Source of the DNA: Catajapyx aquilonaris
Taxonomy: Eukaryota
DNA: 64,000 nt
Direction: 5' to 3'
Assembly (NCBI GenBank): GCA_000934665.2
Contig: KZ537962.1
Coordinates: 1-64,000, forward strand
Below, piece by piece: positions 44,801 to 56,928 of this stretch. The notes under the pieces are model-generated. The model did not search any database and had not been told where the DNA came from. It worked only from the letters and a program-made list of their open reading frames with translations. The first letter of the stretch is position 1, and each line of letters begins with the position of its first letter. The position numbers and the translations under genes are program-made.

Positions 44801-47800
44801 TCCATATGTTTTTTTAGGAAGTGGTGGCCATCTTGGGATCATTCTAGTACCATCTGGGACCCCCCTGCGCGATATCATATTGGGTGGACTCCTGAGACAA
44901 TTTTTCTTTTATCTTTCTTTTTTTCTAGGGGGTCCAAAATGGGTCTGAACGTCGTAAGGTTTTGCTAACAGCCCACTTTTATTTACCAAGCTCTCCCCTC
45001 GTCTTGGGTGGGTCGTAAAGGGATCCATTGGACAGTTAGGAACGAGGACCGAATTTAGGATGCGATGCGAGTAGGCCACCGAGAGTGATTCTGAAGCTCA
45101 ATCACGGCAGGGCTGGCATTATTCGTGAAGACAGGTGATTTTCGGCAGGGGACAAATGCATGGACCTTTACGGACTACTTGTTATGGGGAAAGATACGCT
45201 TCGTTTCAAACTACAAGCTGCAGAAAGCATATCATGTGACAATATTTTCGCTGATTTTGTCCAACAGGCTCAAATGCCTGTATCGGTTTGTGGTGAGCTG
45301 GTCTGGGCAAGACCACTTTGGCGGTTGGGTTCCCACAGGCTGGGATGGTGTGGCAATTGGAGCCTATCAGTCTGAGGGCAAGTTGGAAACACGCTGCGGA
45401 TGCTGTCCGAGATGTTTTGGCGCAATTACGTCGCTGGGAAAGGTGCAGCGATGCGTGGTTCACGGTTGATTAGATTTCGTCTGTCGGCCATAAAAAAAAA
45501 GTCGGATGCTGTACCTTCCGAGTGAAATTTTTGCTCCAGCTCTAACGGCAGGGGAAAAAAATAACATACTTTCGGGGCTGGTGTTTGATCAAAGCTCAAA
45601 TATTGCCATTATGCGACCGCGTTTTGTGGGTATAATAATCAAGTTATAAATATGCATCGCATTTTTATGTGTGTTTCGCTCCAAAACCAATTATAAACCA
45701 CGAATACTCTATTATCAGTTGAACCGAAAATGTTTGAAAACGGACGCCAAGGCAAATATCATGCGGCTAAAACTGATGAACGCCTCTTGTGCGAAATTCC
45801 GATTTTGCGAGAATTTCAACACAGGAATGTACCGGTGAAGATTGAAACGCGGCAAGCCGGCAACCATTCTGGGCAAACTCGGTAGACCTATAGGTTTGTG
45901 CCCAGGACAACGTCCCCAATCCTGGCGGATTACCGGGCTGGTTCCTCCTCATCACGGCGATGAAATAATGCACCCGACGCAGCGGTAAAAGCCGCCATGT
46001 CCGCCTGAATAAAATGGGTTCTCTTCAGGCTTTTGAACAAAAGCTGCGGGACAATTAATTGTTCCAATGGGTGGGGGATTACGCTGCAATGTTGTCATTG
46101 ACATTCCGATCTTGTTACCATGACTACCACTGGCGTTTTGATTCCCTCCATTCCTCTCGTGCCATCGCATCGGGGAGTAGGAAGTGATGCCAATTATTAT
46201 TCCAGTTATTTTAAGGTAATTAACCGTAGCAAAGGGCAGCTTTTTCCTATGGTCTGCAGTAAAACTACATCGCAATAATGGACCGTAGCGTTTGTCTGAA
46301 TGGTATGGAATACTATTGGACTTTGACAGCCGATTTTTTTGCTGAAGAAGGGTATTCTGAAGACGTGGTTAATTAGATGATAACGCTAGGCCATTTGCAG
46401 TCAGACCGACTTCTTTCGAAACATTAGTAATGAAGGCACTTGCGAAGGCCCTTTGTTTGTGTCTAGAGCCAAGCTGGAATAAAAAATGCCTGGCTTTAAA
46501 TGGAAAGCGAGAGACTAATGAGAAATACTGCAGGTCACATTGTCGCCTCTCTCTAACGATCGAGGAGCTTCTGAAAATTGTGCTTATTGCGTTTAGCTGC
46601 TTCTGGAAGAGGAGGTTGTAAAACAGAAAGTGGCATAGTCTGAAGTATGGCGGTCGATTTCCCAGCGAGCTTCAGCGCACTAATTGTTGCATATGCACTT
46701 CATTTTGACGGGGAGGCAAAAATGGATAAATTGGGCTCGGGGTTTTTTTTGGGGGGGGGGGGGGGGGGGGCTGTGTATATATTTGAGCTATTTAATTATT
46801 TCCGCAGGTTCGCTGGTTCGGAACGAAATACTGGTGGTTCCATGTTGTTATTTTTGAGCCCTTATTTCATTTGTAAGCGTCCATAGCTGAGCTTGTTATT
46901 AGTTCGAGCCTTTTTTTTCGTACAAGATATTACACTGGCTCTGTGCTTGATAACTAAGGTAAACCTACCAATTTATATACCATGTTAAGGGAAAAAATAT
47001 GTATTTTGGGTTCTGCACGTAACCGGCACCCAAAAGAAAAAAATATAATGTTACAGACATGTCTGGATAGTCCACTTCGTGCTCTACCTGAATCAGTGTT
47101 TTACTTTCCTTAATGTATACTGATTACCGCAGGAAGTTAATTTTGCTATCATGCTGCATCTCGACCCTTTTGTGACACCCTCAACCCAATTGGTGATACC
47201 TGGTTTTGGCCATTTTATGACACCAATTTTTTCTTTCTGAATTTTTTAATTTTAATTTTTATTGTTAAAACCAGTTTTTCCGGTATGATGGCGGTTCTGG
47301 ATTTTGTCCGAGTCTGGCTCACTCTATCACTGATGATTTTATGCCTCTTTCTGAAGAGTATGTACATTGCACTTCCTATTATCCCTGTTGCGGATTATCC
47401 GTGCATCGGCAAAAAGTCCAAAAAGTCAAAAAAAAAAAATGTCAGTATGTCTCGAAAACGCATGAAATACCAAATCATGACAGCCTAACATCTTATTTAA
47501 AACAGAGGATGTCATTAATATATTGGATCCGATCATCGTAAACGACTGAAAAGGCTATTCATCGAATGTTCCTTTTAGATCCTTTTCATAATCATAAAAC
47601 TAGTACAATACGATTGTAACTGTAACAATTCGAACGGTTGTCATCAATTGGCAAATGACAGATTTCAGTACCCAATTTCCGACACCCAGAATAACTCTTT
47701 AAATGCATCGGTACGATTAGAACAAACATTCACAAGAGGAAAAGGACATCTTCATTACTAATTGTAACCTTCCCCATTTTAAAATAAACGTGTAAAAAAT

Positions 47801-48225
47801 TTCGAAACGAAACTCGGCTCTTAACGGAATTGGCACTTTTCGCACCATATTATACTGTGGCTGTGCAGCACTTGACAGGCTAATTTATTTCTTGAGAACC
47901 AACTCACCACTGACCTTCACCTCACTGCAGATTGTTAAATAAAGATAGGAAGTGCTTCCAAAGTGGTTAATTACATGTTTTGAATTCTTGTTATTTAACT
48001 TCTTCCATAGGGGGGCACAAATTGGTGGATTTACCTTAGTAAGTTATTTTTAAAATGGCGCATAAGCTGCCAGTGACATAACTCCCGTTTGACATCAAAC
48101 CACGCTTTATCTAGGCAGACTGCTAAAGCGGCTGTCACCCAAGGCACACGACACGAGGCTTGTTTTGCATCTCCCCCGAGCAAGGTGTCTTGATGATAAC
48201 GTCTGCTTTTCTTCTTCCATTGCAG

Positions 48226-48256
48226 AGTTTTCAAGAAGAGCTCGCCTAATGGGAAG
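48226..48256 (+). CDS. krz: beta-arrestin exon 2 (R-VFKKSSPNGK), 31 nt
   Basis: cttttcttcttccattgcag|A GTT TTC AAG AAG AGC TCG CCT AAT GGG AAG|gtaagt. Encodes the conserved phosphate-binding KK. Confidence 0.95.
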
Positions 48257-50352
48257 GTAAGTCGAGGGAATTAATCCGGAGCGGCGTTGCCTAGTGGGCA
48301 AAAGTGATTAAGGAACCCGGAAGTGATTGGCAGCCATGGAGCAAAGTGTTTGCCTTAGGAAAGGTATTGGTTCCTTGCAAGGTCCCAGGGCTAATTTATC
48401 CGAACGACTTGGGATTAACAGGGCACCGAGCCGCCTTTTTTCAACTCTTGTCTTCAGTTGCTCTTTTTTTTTGTGTGGCCGGGGAAGATGGGATGTGACA
48501 CCTAAAGGCTACAGGATGGCCTTTTCGCCCTTGGCCTCATGTAAAATGGCCAAGAGTGATGGCTGTAGGGTGACAGTTTCGTCTTCAGGGATGCAGGAAG
48601 GACGCTGAAGTAATTGGAATACATGGCTGCGTCTTGTGCCACGTAACACTTTTGTCCCCAAATATTTGTAGGTGTTGCCATCATGGCCAAAAGTGGGGCA
48701 AGTTTTTTCCATTTACAAATTGCGATGCGGCCTTGCGTTTCGTAATTTGGACAAACGCAGTTGGTTTTTTAATCCGGGCCTGCAGCACATACAGATTTCT
48801 GAGCGGAAGCTTTCTGATAGCAGCGTCAATGGGCATCAACAGATAATCCCTTGTCTAAATATTTCTCTTTCATTGCGCCACTGCCCCCACCTTTTAAGCT
48901 GATTAACTAATTTATTGTCAAATGGGGCGCGAAAAAAAAGGAAGTTATCTCTCTGCTGGAGCGAAATTGTCGGAGCCGTCTTTCTTTCCTGGCGGCTATA
49001 AACGTCCGCACAAAGGTCACCATTGCGGCCTGCCGACGACCAAACTGGCTGGAATGACGGTACTCTGACTCCGGTTGGCGACTCATAGACTCAATCAAGG
49101 CAGTGAAAAGTAATCCGTATTTTATTTTTTTATTTGCCATTTAGGAGCAACAATCGTGGAAAGAATTGCGTTTTTTTTTCTCTCTATATACTTTAGGGCG
49201 CATGTGTGGATTAACAAAAACAGGCACTGTACTTTGTCTTTGCACGCATTTATCCAATGTGAATGCCCCATTGCATGCCGGCTCTTCATTACTTTGATCC
49301 GGATATCCGCCCAAATTACAATGCTCAGTTGGCATATATTCGGTGGCATTAATTCCCGCATAAGCTGGCCGTAAAAATGGGCTTGACCATTTCTCACACT
49401 GGTTAATGGGTCATAGGAGTTGGGGGTAGAAATTGAGCGTAACAAAATCTGGGGATATATTGTATGAGAGGGATGCAGGTGAGGACATGGGTGAGGGTAT
49501 AACATGATGAACCGCCCGGTGGAAATCGATAGCCCAGTTAGTTGGAGGCGGGAGAGAAAATCCGCATCAGATGCCCTCCGTGTGTTGGTGACAGTTGCCA
49601 GGACGACGAAGCTCTCCTTCCACCTTTCTGTCCACCCTACATGATATGCAAAGTGGGTTTGGCCACACAGGGACTCTCAAAGGGTTGCAATTTATTGTAG
49701 GGATGTACTAGCATATTGGATTCGTGTTTAAAATCCATGTCGTGGGCTTGAAGAACTACAGTCGTTGGTGACCAGTTGAGGTCCGAAGCAAAGGTCCGAA
49801 GTCCGTCCCATTTTTTATCTGGGAACTAGAGTGCTGTTGGAAGTTGTTCAGAAGTGGAGCAGACATTTTGGAGGTGACAAATTGTTGGACGGGACCCACT
49901 TGTGGACCCGGTCACAGAGAAATGGAAAGGAAACAACGGCGAATGGTGACATGTACTCAGTGGCTATATGCCACAAGTTGGGTTGTAGGACTTTCTGCAC
50001 TCGGGTCGGGCGGAGTTTGAAACTGTTTGGTGGAGATAACCAAGACGTTATCGGATTAGAGACGTGTCCAAAATGTAGGTGGGTGATATTGACTGATAGG
50101 ATATCGTATACAAAATTTATCAGGATTATTATTAAGATTATTTCCAGTTTCAAATGCGCTATTTGAACACGTCCATTGACATTTTAGGCCATAAAATGTA
50201 AAACTGCGTATGATTTAAGGACACATACTGTACTTCAAAAGCTGCAAAATTGAATCACAACTGATCGTGTGAAAAGGCAACGCCGCTCCGTTTCACCCCT
50301 TTTTTGTTATTGAAATAGTTGTTTTTGTTTCTGACCATGTGTGTCATTTCAG

Positions 50353-50413
50353 ATTACAGTGTACCTTGGCAAGCGAGACTTTGTTGACCATGTCACTCAC
50401 GTGGATCCAATAG
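50353..50413 (+). CDS. krz: beta-arrestin exon 3 (ITVYLGKRDFVDHVTHVDPI-D), 61 nt
   Basis: ttcag| and |gtaagt boundaries. Contains the arrestin signature YLGKRDFVDH. Confidence 0.97.
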
Positions 50414-50650
50414 GTAAGTGGCACTAAAGAACTGCATGGGGGGGAAAGGAGCATGACTAAACTGTATAGCCAAAAGACCGGATTAGCTTATAGAGCACGC
50501 CCTGGATGCATGCCTATATAGCTGGTGACGTGAGTGGAGGAATTGGTTTTCGGGCTGGGTGTAGCTGATTGCGGTGCAGCCTCCAGAAAGCAATATTGGG
50601 GAAGCGCGTATAGTGGACCTGATGTAAAGAAAACGTGATGTGTGTTCCAG

Positions 50651-50844
50651 ACGGAGTGGTTCTGATTGACCCTGACTACGTGAAGGACAGGAAAGTGTAT
50701 GGGCATGTCCTGGCAGCCTTCCGGTATGGCAGGGAGGATCTGGACGTACTGGGGCTCACCTTTCGGAAGGACCTGTACCTGGCGTCGGAAAGGATCTTCC
50801 CAGCCGACCCCGATGTCGCCAAACGTCCACTCACCCGACTGCAG
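50651..50844 (+). CDS. krz: beta-arrestin exon 4 (GVVLIDPDY...[18 protein letters not shown]...LTRLQ), 194 nt
   Basis: Contains the finger-loop motif [14 protein letters not shown]. ccag| and |gtaaat boundaries, phase 1 to 0. Confidence 0.97.
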
Positions 50845-53342
50845 GTAAATTCATCCGCATAGTAGCTAATGTACAGCCCCAGTTGGAGCCAAATCTACAC
50901 AATTAAGATTGTGATTTGATATATTGCACATATCCAAAGATGGCCACCTGTATGATTTTTGTGGAATTTCTGACCCGTTGTTACAATGTACCTTGTTCTC
51001 GAATAGGGTTGTGATGAACTATGCATAAGATGAAGAGGGTGCTGTGTAGTACTAATTCATTGCGAGTTATTTATTTATGAAAACCGCGCTAAGCAAGTTC
51101 CAGTTTGCAAGTTTTTGGGGGTATAATTTGTCTGCGGGGGACGATGGTGGTTGTGGCCCATTGAAAATTAATGCGATTCAGGGAGTGATTTGCTGACTGA
51201 GGCAGTGAGGCTTCCGGATCCTTTGACGTCAGCGCAAGGTGTTATAAAATTGATATCTCTGGTTTAATCTGGTGTCCTATTTTAGATTTGAAGGCCCATA
51301 AATAGTGCGACACATGTACATGTTTAGGTTTGAAAATATGATACACGTTCTGTTCTAGAGATATCACATGGTGATGAGGGATTGCATTAGTGTATAGGAC
51401 ATACCATGTAGTGCTCAAGCACAATGACGAATTTCAGAAAGAGTCGAGGACTAACAGCAAGCTTTGGCACAATTGGAGCCCAGCAGGTTCAACGTTTTAT
51501 AAATCACTCAGCAATATTTCCAGTTTACCATCTGGAGCGTTTCCAAATGGCGCAATTTATCATCTGGAGTACTCTCAGTGACATCTCTGCCCTGATTTAC
51601 CGCACAATTGTTTCAGCGATAATATCAGTCCAATACCGAATCCAAATAATGCATTAAAACCGGAGGAATGATTGATCGTACCTGTCCTGGAAAAGGGGCA
51701 GGTGGCAGCAGTTGAACAGTCGTTTCTCTCAAGATTCATTGCTAGATTACGCACTTCCGCCTGTAAATTAAATGCACACATTCTGTGGAGAGTTGGTTGG
51801 GTTACAATGTTGTTCTGTGGCAATGACAAAACATAAATTATGCAATTTCGCATCTATCACATTTGTGAGGCCATTACCAGTGCTACAAACTTTGTCAGCA
51901 GGCGGTTAAAAAATTTAACTGGTGTACAATCATCCATTATTTTATTATTGTTGACCGACTGTAGTGGCTGACAAGACCTTCTGTATCCTGGGAGTTAGGC
52001 TGTGTCGGTAGTATAGTTGGGCACAGTTGGTTGCTTCCAGGCCAGGATGAAATGTGGTTTCTTGAGGAATCCTCCACTGGCACGCCTGGAATCTTGCGGG
52101 GCGAATTCAATACAACCAGTCTTGCGGCTCTTTACAGCCTGCTTCTAGGTGTAGAGTTAGAGCTAGTATATTTTTTACCCCCCTCTGGACGAGACCAGGC
52201 ATCCGGCAAATTGAAAGATTAGAGCTTCCTGGTTGGAGAGAGGAAGAGGATTTTTACTGGGTAGGAGTGGGGATGGGTATAGAGCCCGATGGTTATTCTC
52301 TTTCTTTTTTCCCCCCAACCGTGCGACGTTTGCGTCGACTTAGGAGCAGTTTTTCCTAGGTCCCGGAAAAGCCCTCGCAGCAACCAAATTGAGTTTGGTA
52401 GAGCAGCCGGGACGTTTTCGCCAAAGAGGAACGGATCTCAGGAGTTACTTGAAAACTCGAATTTGCCTTTTTTCTACTTGCTGGGTTGCGATCTTTACTT
52501 TTTATGGCTTGCATTTAAGTAATATTTATGGAATTACTTTATATTTTGTACAAGTAAATTATATTATGCTCTGAGTGACACCAGAAGATTAAGTGAATAA
52601 TACTTACAAGCACAATGTAATTAATGTGATTTTGCACTTGCTGGCCAGCATATCACATCATGGAATGGAGTCTGGCCTTGGTATTTTCTCTGGGATCTTG
52701 GAGGAGAGAAGCTACTCCACAGAGTATTGATCTTAATTTGGGGTATGAACTAAGTCATAAAAACCATTGGGATCCTCTGGTGGCATCATTTCAGTAGCGA
52801 TAACCATATGTTGTGGCCCTAGCTCCTCAGGGAGAGCTTTGGGCTTGTTGATTGTTTTAATTAAAGCCGATGGAAGTCAGCCTGCTGAGCGCAAAATGCA
52901 AATCTGCTAGCTTATTATACAGAACTGAGTGATCCTCAACAAAGTTGAAGCCCCGGGACTGACTTGGTCATGCCTCAGCTGTAATAATGATCCATAAGAA
53001 GTGCATCAAAGAGAAGGAAGTGTTGTTTCTGTGCCTACTGCAATATCCGTAATAATTTATTATCATTGAGTTGAAAGCACAAGAACTAATCAGTATTCTC
53101 CGTACTCAAATATCAGTGTTGTAGAAAAGTACAAACATACCCAGCTGAATCGTGTCAGTTTCACTATAATAAATTTTTACTGGGGTTCACAAATGCCTGT
53201 CATCTCTTGCCATGCTGAACTGGACTTCAAATTCCACCTTCGGCACCAGAATTTAATTGTTGGGTGCATCTGGGATAAGTGTGGAAGTTTGAAAGTTGTG
53301 GTGCTTAAATGGCCATCATCTGTTTGTCTCCCCCCATTGCAG

Positions 53343-53521
53343 GAGCGACTCATAAAGAAGTTGGGGCCAAATGCTTACCCATTCTACTTTGAGCTCCCAC
53401 CACACTGTCCTGCTTCTGTGACACTTCAACCTGCCCCAGGAGACACTGGTAAACCCTGTGGAGTGGATTACGAGCTCAAGGCCTTTGTGGGTGAGACTCC
53501 TGATGACAAACCACACAAAAG
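53343..53521 (+). CDS. krz: beta-arrestin exon 5 ([14 protein letters not shown]...KPHK-R), 179 nt
   Basis: Matches arrestin N-domain sequence [24 protein letters not shown]. gcag| and |gtcact boundaries. Confidence 0.97.
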
Positions 53522-53602
53522 GTCACTTTTTCTCCATTAGTACTTCATCCCCTCTTGTGTGGGTCCTTGCAGTGACAATTCATTTCCATTATTCTGATGC
53601 AG

Positions 53603-53738
53603 GAATTCCGTCCGTCTTGCCATCCGGAAGATCATGTATGCTCCTAGCAAACAAGGAGACCAGCCGTCAGTTGAAGTTAGTAAAGAATTTATGATGAGCC
53701 CCAACAAGTTACACCTTGAAGCTTCACTGGATAAGGAG
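53603..53738 (+). CDS. krz: beta-arrestin exon 6 (NSVRLAIRKIMYAP...LHLEASLDKE), 136 nt
   Basis: Polar-core arginine motif SVRLAIRK, the hinge, and LEASLDKE. gcag| and |gtaagc boundaries. Confidence 0.97.
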
Positions 53739-53847
53739 GTAAGCAATGTGTTGTGAGCATCTGTAGGCAATCAGTAATGTAGTAAGGGAGAACAATTAGC
53801 ATTTAATGGAACGCAGAGTCTATAAATTATTGTTCTGTTAATTTCAG

Positions 53848-53932
53848 CTGTACCACCATGGCGAGAGTATCGCCATCAATGTACATATTGCAAATAACTC
53901 TAACCGAATTGTCAAAAAAGTCAAAATTTCAG
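53848..53932 (+). CDS. krz: beta-arrestin exon 7A ([29 protein letters not shown]), 85 nt, alternative copy 1
   Basis: ttcag| and |gtacag boundaries, phase 0 to 1. Homologous to vertebrate [27 protein letters not shown]. Confidence 0.95.
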
Positions 53933-54102
53933 GTACAGTATGTGTTTTATGCCAGGCTTAACTTTATCTTTCTTCTTCCTTCTCACTGTTGCTCGTACAT
54001 GTGAAAGTGGTGGCAGGCTGGATTGGGTAGTTTACAGTGTCATGCCATGGGTGCTCTGTACCTGGAGCAAGGAAGAAAAACTTTCTCTTTTCCTGCATGT
54101 AG

Positions 54103-54187
54103 CTTTACTGCCATGCCGAGACCATCTCAGTCAATGTCCATATCCAGAATAATTCCAGCAGAAGTGTTAAAAAGATTAAAGTGTCAG
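54103..54187 (+). CDS. krz: beta-arrestin exon 7B (LYCHAETISVNVHIQNNSSRSVKKIKVS-V), 85 nt, alternative copy 2
   Basis: ctttctcttttcctgcatgtag| and CAG|gtatgt boundaries. Same length and phase as 7A, no stops, 18/28 aa identical to 7A. Confidence 0.9.
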
Positions 54188-54833
54188 GTATGTGTCACAT
54201 TCTATGTTTTTGCATTGGTAGTTGTGCAAAGAGTAGTGAACAACTTAATTATGACTGACAAGACTGACAAAGGTCACAGCATCGCTGCTTACTGCACTAC
54301 GTAGCATTTTCTATCGTTTGTCGTATGGATCAAGAGTAGAATGTGTCTCCTATGTTTGGGATGTACTTTATGTTACTGTTACACTGAGATGCACGTAAGG
54401 GATTTTGGTAGTCATAGACAGCTTGGGACTGATGAAATGTATCTCATTGTAATTAATCATAAAATTCAAGTATTCCAAACTCGATATCCATTCCTGTTTG
54501 CTGTTTTTCACACTAAGCTGCTGGTTTTTAAGCATTCTTTAGAGAGATAACAAAATTGGTATCTTCACTCAAGCAAGTGGAAAGGAAACAAATGTCAGTA
54601 ACCAAGTGCATAAATCAAAGTAAATTAGAGATGATATTAACTGTAAATATTTTTGTTAGCTCTTAAATAAATGCTTGAAAGTTAACGCTAAGCTGAATAT
54701 TAGTCGACAGTTGCATGCTAATAAACAGCATAGTGGGGAAAATTCTTAACTCAAGCAAATGTAGGGTTTGGAATACTTTGTGCACGTGTTAAAAACTACT
54801 GATTAACGTGACCTAAATGTTTTTCCTTTATAG

Positions 54834-54906
54834 TGCGTCAGTTTGCAGACATCTGCTTATTTTCTACTGCTCAGTACAAATGTACAGTAGCAGAAATTGA
54901 GAGTGA
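54834..54906 (+). CDS. krz: beta-arrestin exon 8 (RQFADICLFSTAQYKCTVAEIES-E), 73 nt
   Basis: Conserved VRQFADICLFSTAQYKC. tatag| and |gtaagt boundaries. Confidence 0.97.
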
Positions 54907-55732
54907 GTAAGTATCAGGTACATCAGGTATGAGGGGGGATAGGCTTAGTGCAATATGCAGTGACAAATCATGGGTGCAGTCATAGAGTACCGGTACCTGA
55001 TAATGTGAAATGCTGTCCCCTTCCCAAGGCCTGTTTATGGAAACTTTGCAGTTGTGACCTGAAATGTACATTTGCATATTTCATCAGACATTGACCATCT
55101 TGGGAGGGCTCATGATCCATGTAGCATTCATTGTGTTCTTACACTGAAGTTACTGTAATTTTGTTAGGTATAATGACCTTTTTCTGGTGTAATGAGTTCA
55201 GTCTCCAGATCAAGTGAAGGATTATTATCGAATATACAGTAGTAAAATTTTGAGGAGTTATCTCTGGACTTTCCCCTAGCCCTTCTTGGGTTTTACCATA
55301 ATCTCCTAGTTTCCTTGCCTTGTTTCCTCCAATGGACCGAACTTCCCTGTGGCAAAATTTTAACTACACCCATGATCATAGTAAATGATGAACAATTTGT
55401 GGAAGAGAAAGTACGGTAATTCAACCACTGTCAATAAGAGTCTTGGAATTTTAGTGAGTGCAAAAAACAATTTGAAGTGTAGCATACAAGTTGTTCATCA
55501 TTAATTTTCACTGCAGGTTAGTAATATGTGTTAATTAAGACAGGTTTTGCCAGTACAGTGCTTGAGAAACACTTTCAGTCGGTGCAGTAAAACCTAATGC
55601 ACTGAAGTGTCATGGTGGCATGATGCTTTTATAGCAGCTCGAAATTGTAAGTAAATTTCAGGCATTGGTGCGACTGGTTCTTACATTGCACTTTGTATCC
55701 ATGAGCAGTGGAGACTGACGTCTCAGCTATAG

Positions 55733-55946
55733 ATTTTTTATTGCTGGCTAAGCACGTCTCTGAAGAATTGATATCCTTCCTTTTGTATAGTAAGAAAATG
55801 ATTGACAAAAGTAGATGATTGCTATCAAGCTTCAACCTGATGGATTTGCTGTAAATTTTTTATTGCCTGCTAAGCTTATTGCACAGAATTGATGTCCTAC
55901 CTCTGTAGGAAGCAAAATGATTGACAAATATGAATGATTGCTATCA
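55733..55946. repeat. degenerate direct duplication (two copies of about 93 nt, offset about 120 nt) in intron 8
   Basis: attttttattgc..ctaagc..agaattgat.tcct.cc...aaaatgattgacaaa...atgattgctatca occurs at about 55733-55827 and again at about 55855-55946. Confidence 0.75.
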
Positions 55947-56784
55947 GGGCACAGCTTATTCGTCACAGCGGACATTGGAATAGAGTTGTGCATTAACTAT
56001 GCTTTTCACGTAATAACAGTATTAGCCATTCAATTGCCATAGTCGCATCAGAGAATGGATGGAAGTGCACTGTATAATGATTTAGAAGGCTTCTACGGGT
56101 GGGACATGCTATTAATTGCGTCATCCTTTCATTTTAAGATAATGCATGCAATCTGAGGAGTATCTCAAGGTAAATCAATCTAGATGCTGCACATGAACTT
56201 CACAGGTTCAGAGCTTCTCACTTGGGTCCAACTTGTTAGTGTGTGCTATGAATATGTTTCCTAAACTAGTCCATTGCTATAGTAATCTCAGTATCGTATC
56301 CATTGAGATGGAAAGCATTTTGCTTCATAATTCCGGAATGTAATTTATGAGCTAAGAATTCTTTTATTTAATTTGTACAGAGAATTCCCACAGCATTTCA
56401 TTCATATGAATGAGTATCACCAAGAGGACCAATAATATTCCTATAACATGACACAAAGTGTTTTCACATCTCTGCTCATGTTTCCTACTAACTCTAAACA
56501 GGACATTATTTATGGACATGCAGTAGGCCATTGACTCAATTGCAGATGTTAGTTTTATTAGTAGAGAATATGGAAGGATGACAGTAAATTTGTTAACTTT
56601 AAGTCCAGTAAATGCCATTTCCAAGGTCCCTTCATGTCACAGGAGAAATATAATTAGAGAAAAGTAGAACAAAAAGAAAGACTGAGATTTGGGGAAAAGA
56701 GTTGGCAGCAGAGTAGCTTAGCCCCCTGAAATTATTTTGCAAACGTCTGCTGCCACCATCACTGGAGCTGCGGTGTTGTTTCAG

Positions 56785-56928
56785 ACAAGGATGCCCGGTA
56801 GGCCCTGGCTTCACTTTGTCCAAGGTTTTCTATCTGACCCCCCTGTTAGCCAACAATAAAGATAAGCGAGGGTTAGCGCTAGATGGTCTCCTGAAACATG
56901 AAGACACTAACCTGGCGTCCTCAACAAT
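56785..56928 (+). CDS. krz: beta-arrestin exon 9A ([47 protein letters not shown]), 144 nt, alternative copy 1
   Basis: tgttgtttcag| and |gtaagt boundaries, phase 2 to 2. Carries the lariat/gate-loop motif [19 protein letters not shown]. Confidence 0.95.

Larger units (their letters stand above)
14325..48225 (+). other. krz: 33,901-nt intron of beta-arrestin
   Basis: GT at 14325 and pyrimidine tract plus CAG at 48225, with matching phase 2. I found no recognisable protein-coding sequence inside it. Confidence 0.8.

Noticed and set aside
14325..48225. Nested gene or transposon ORFs in the giant intron (e.g. 31532-31969, 42699-43211, 33331-33798)
   Set aside because: I recognised no RT, transposase, integrase or other protein motifs, and no terminal repeats. 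A degenerate element or a small-exon nested gene cannot be excluded without a search.
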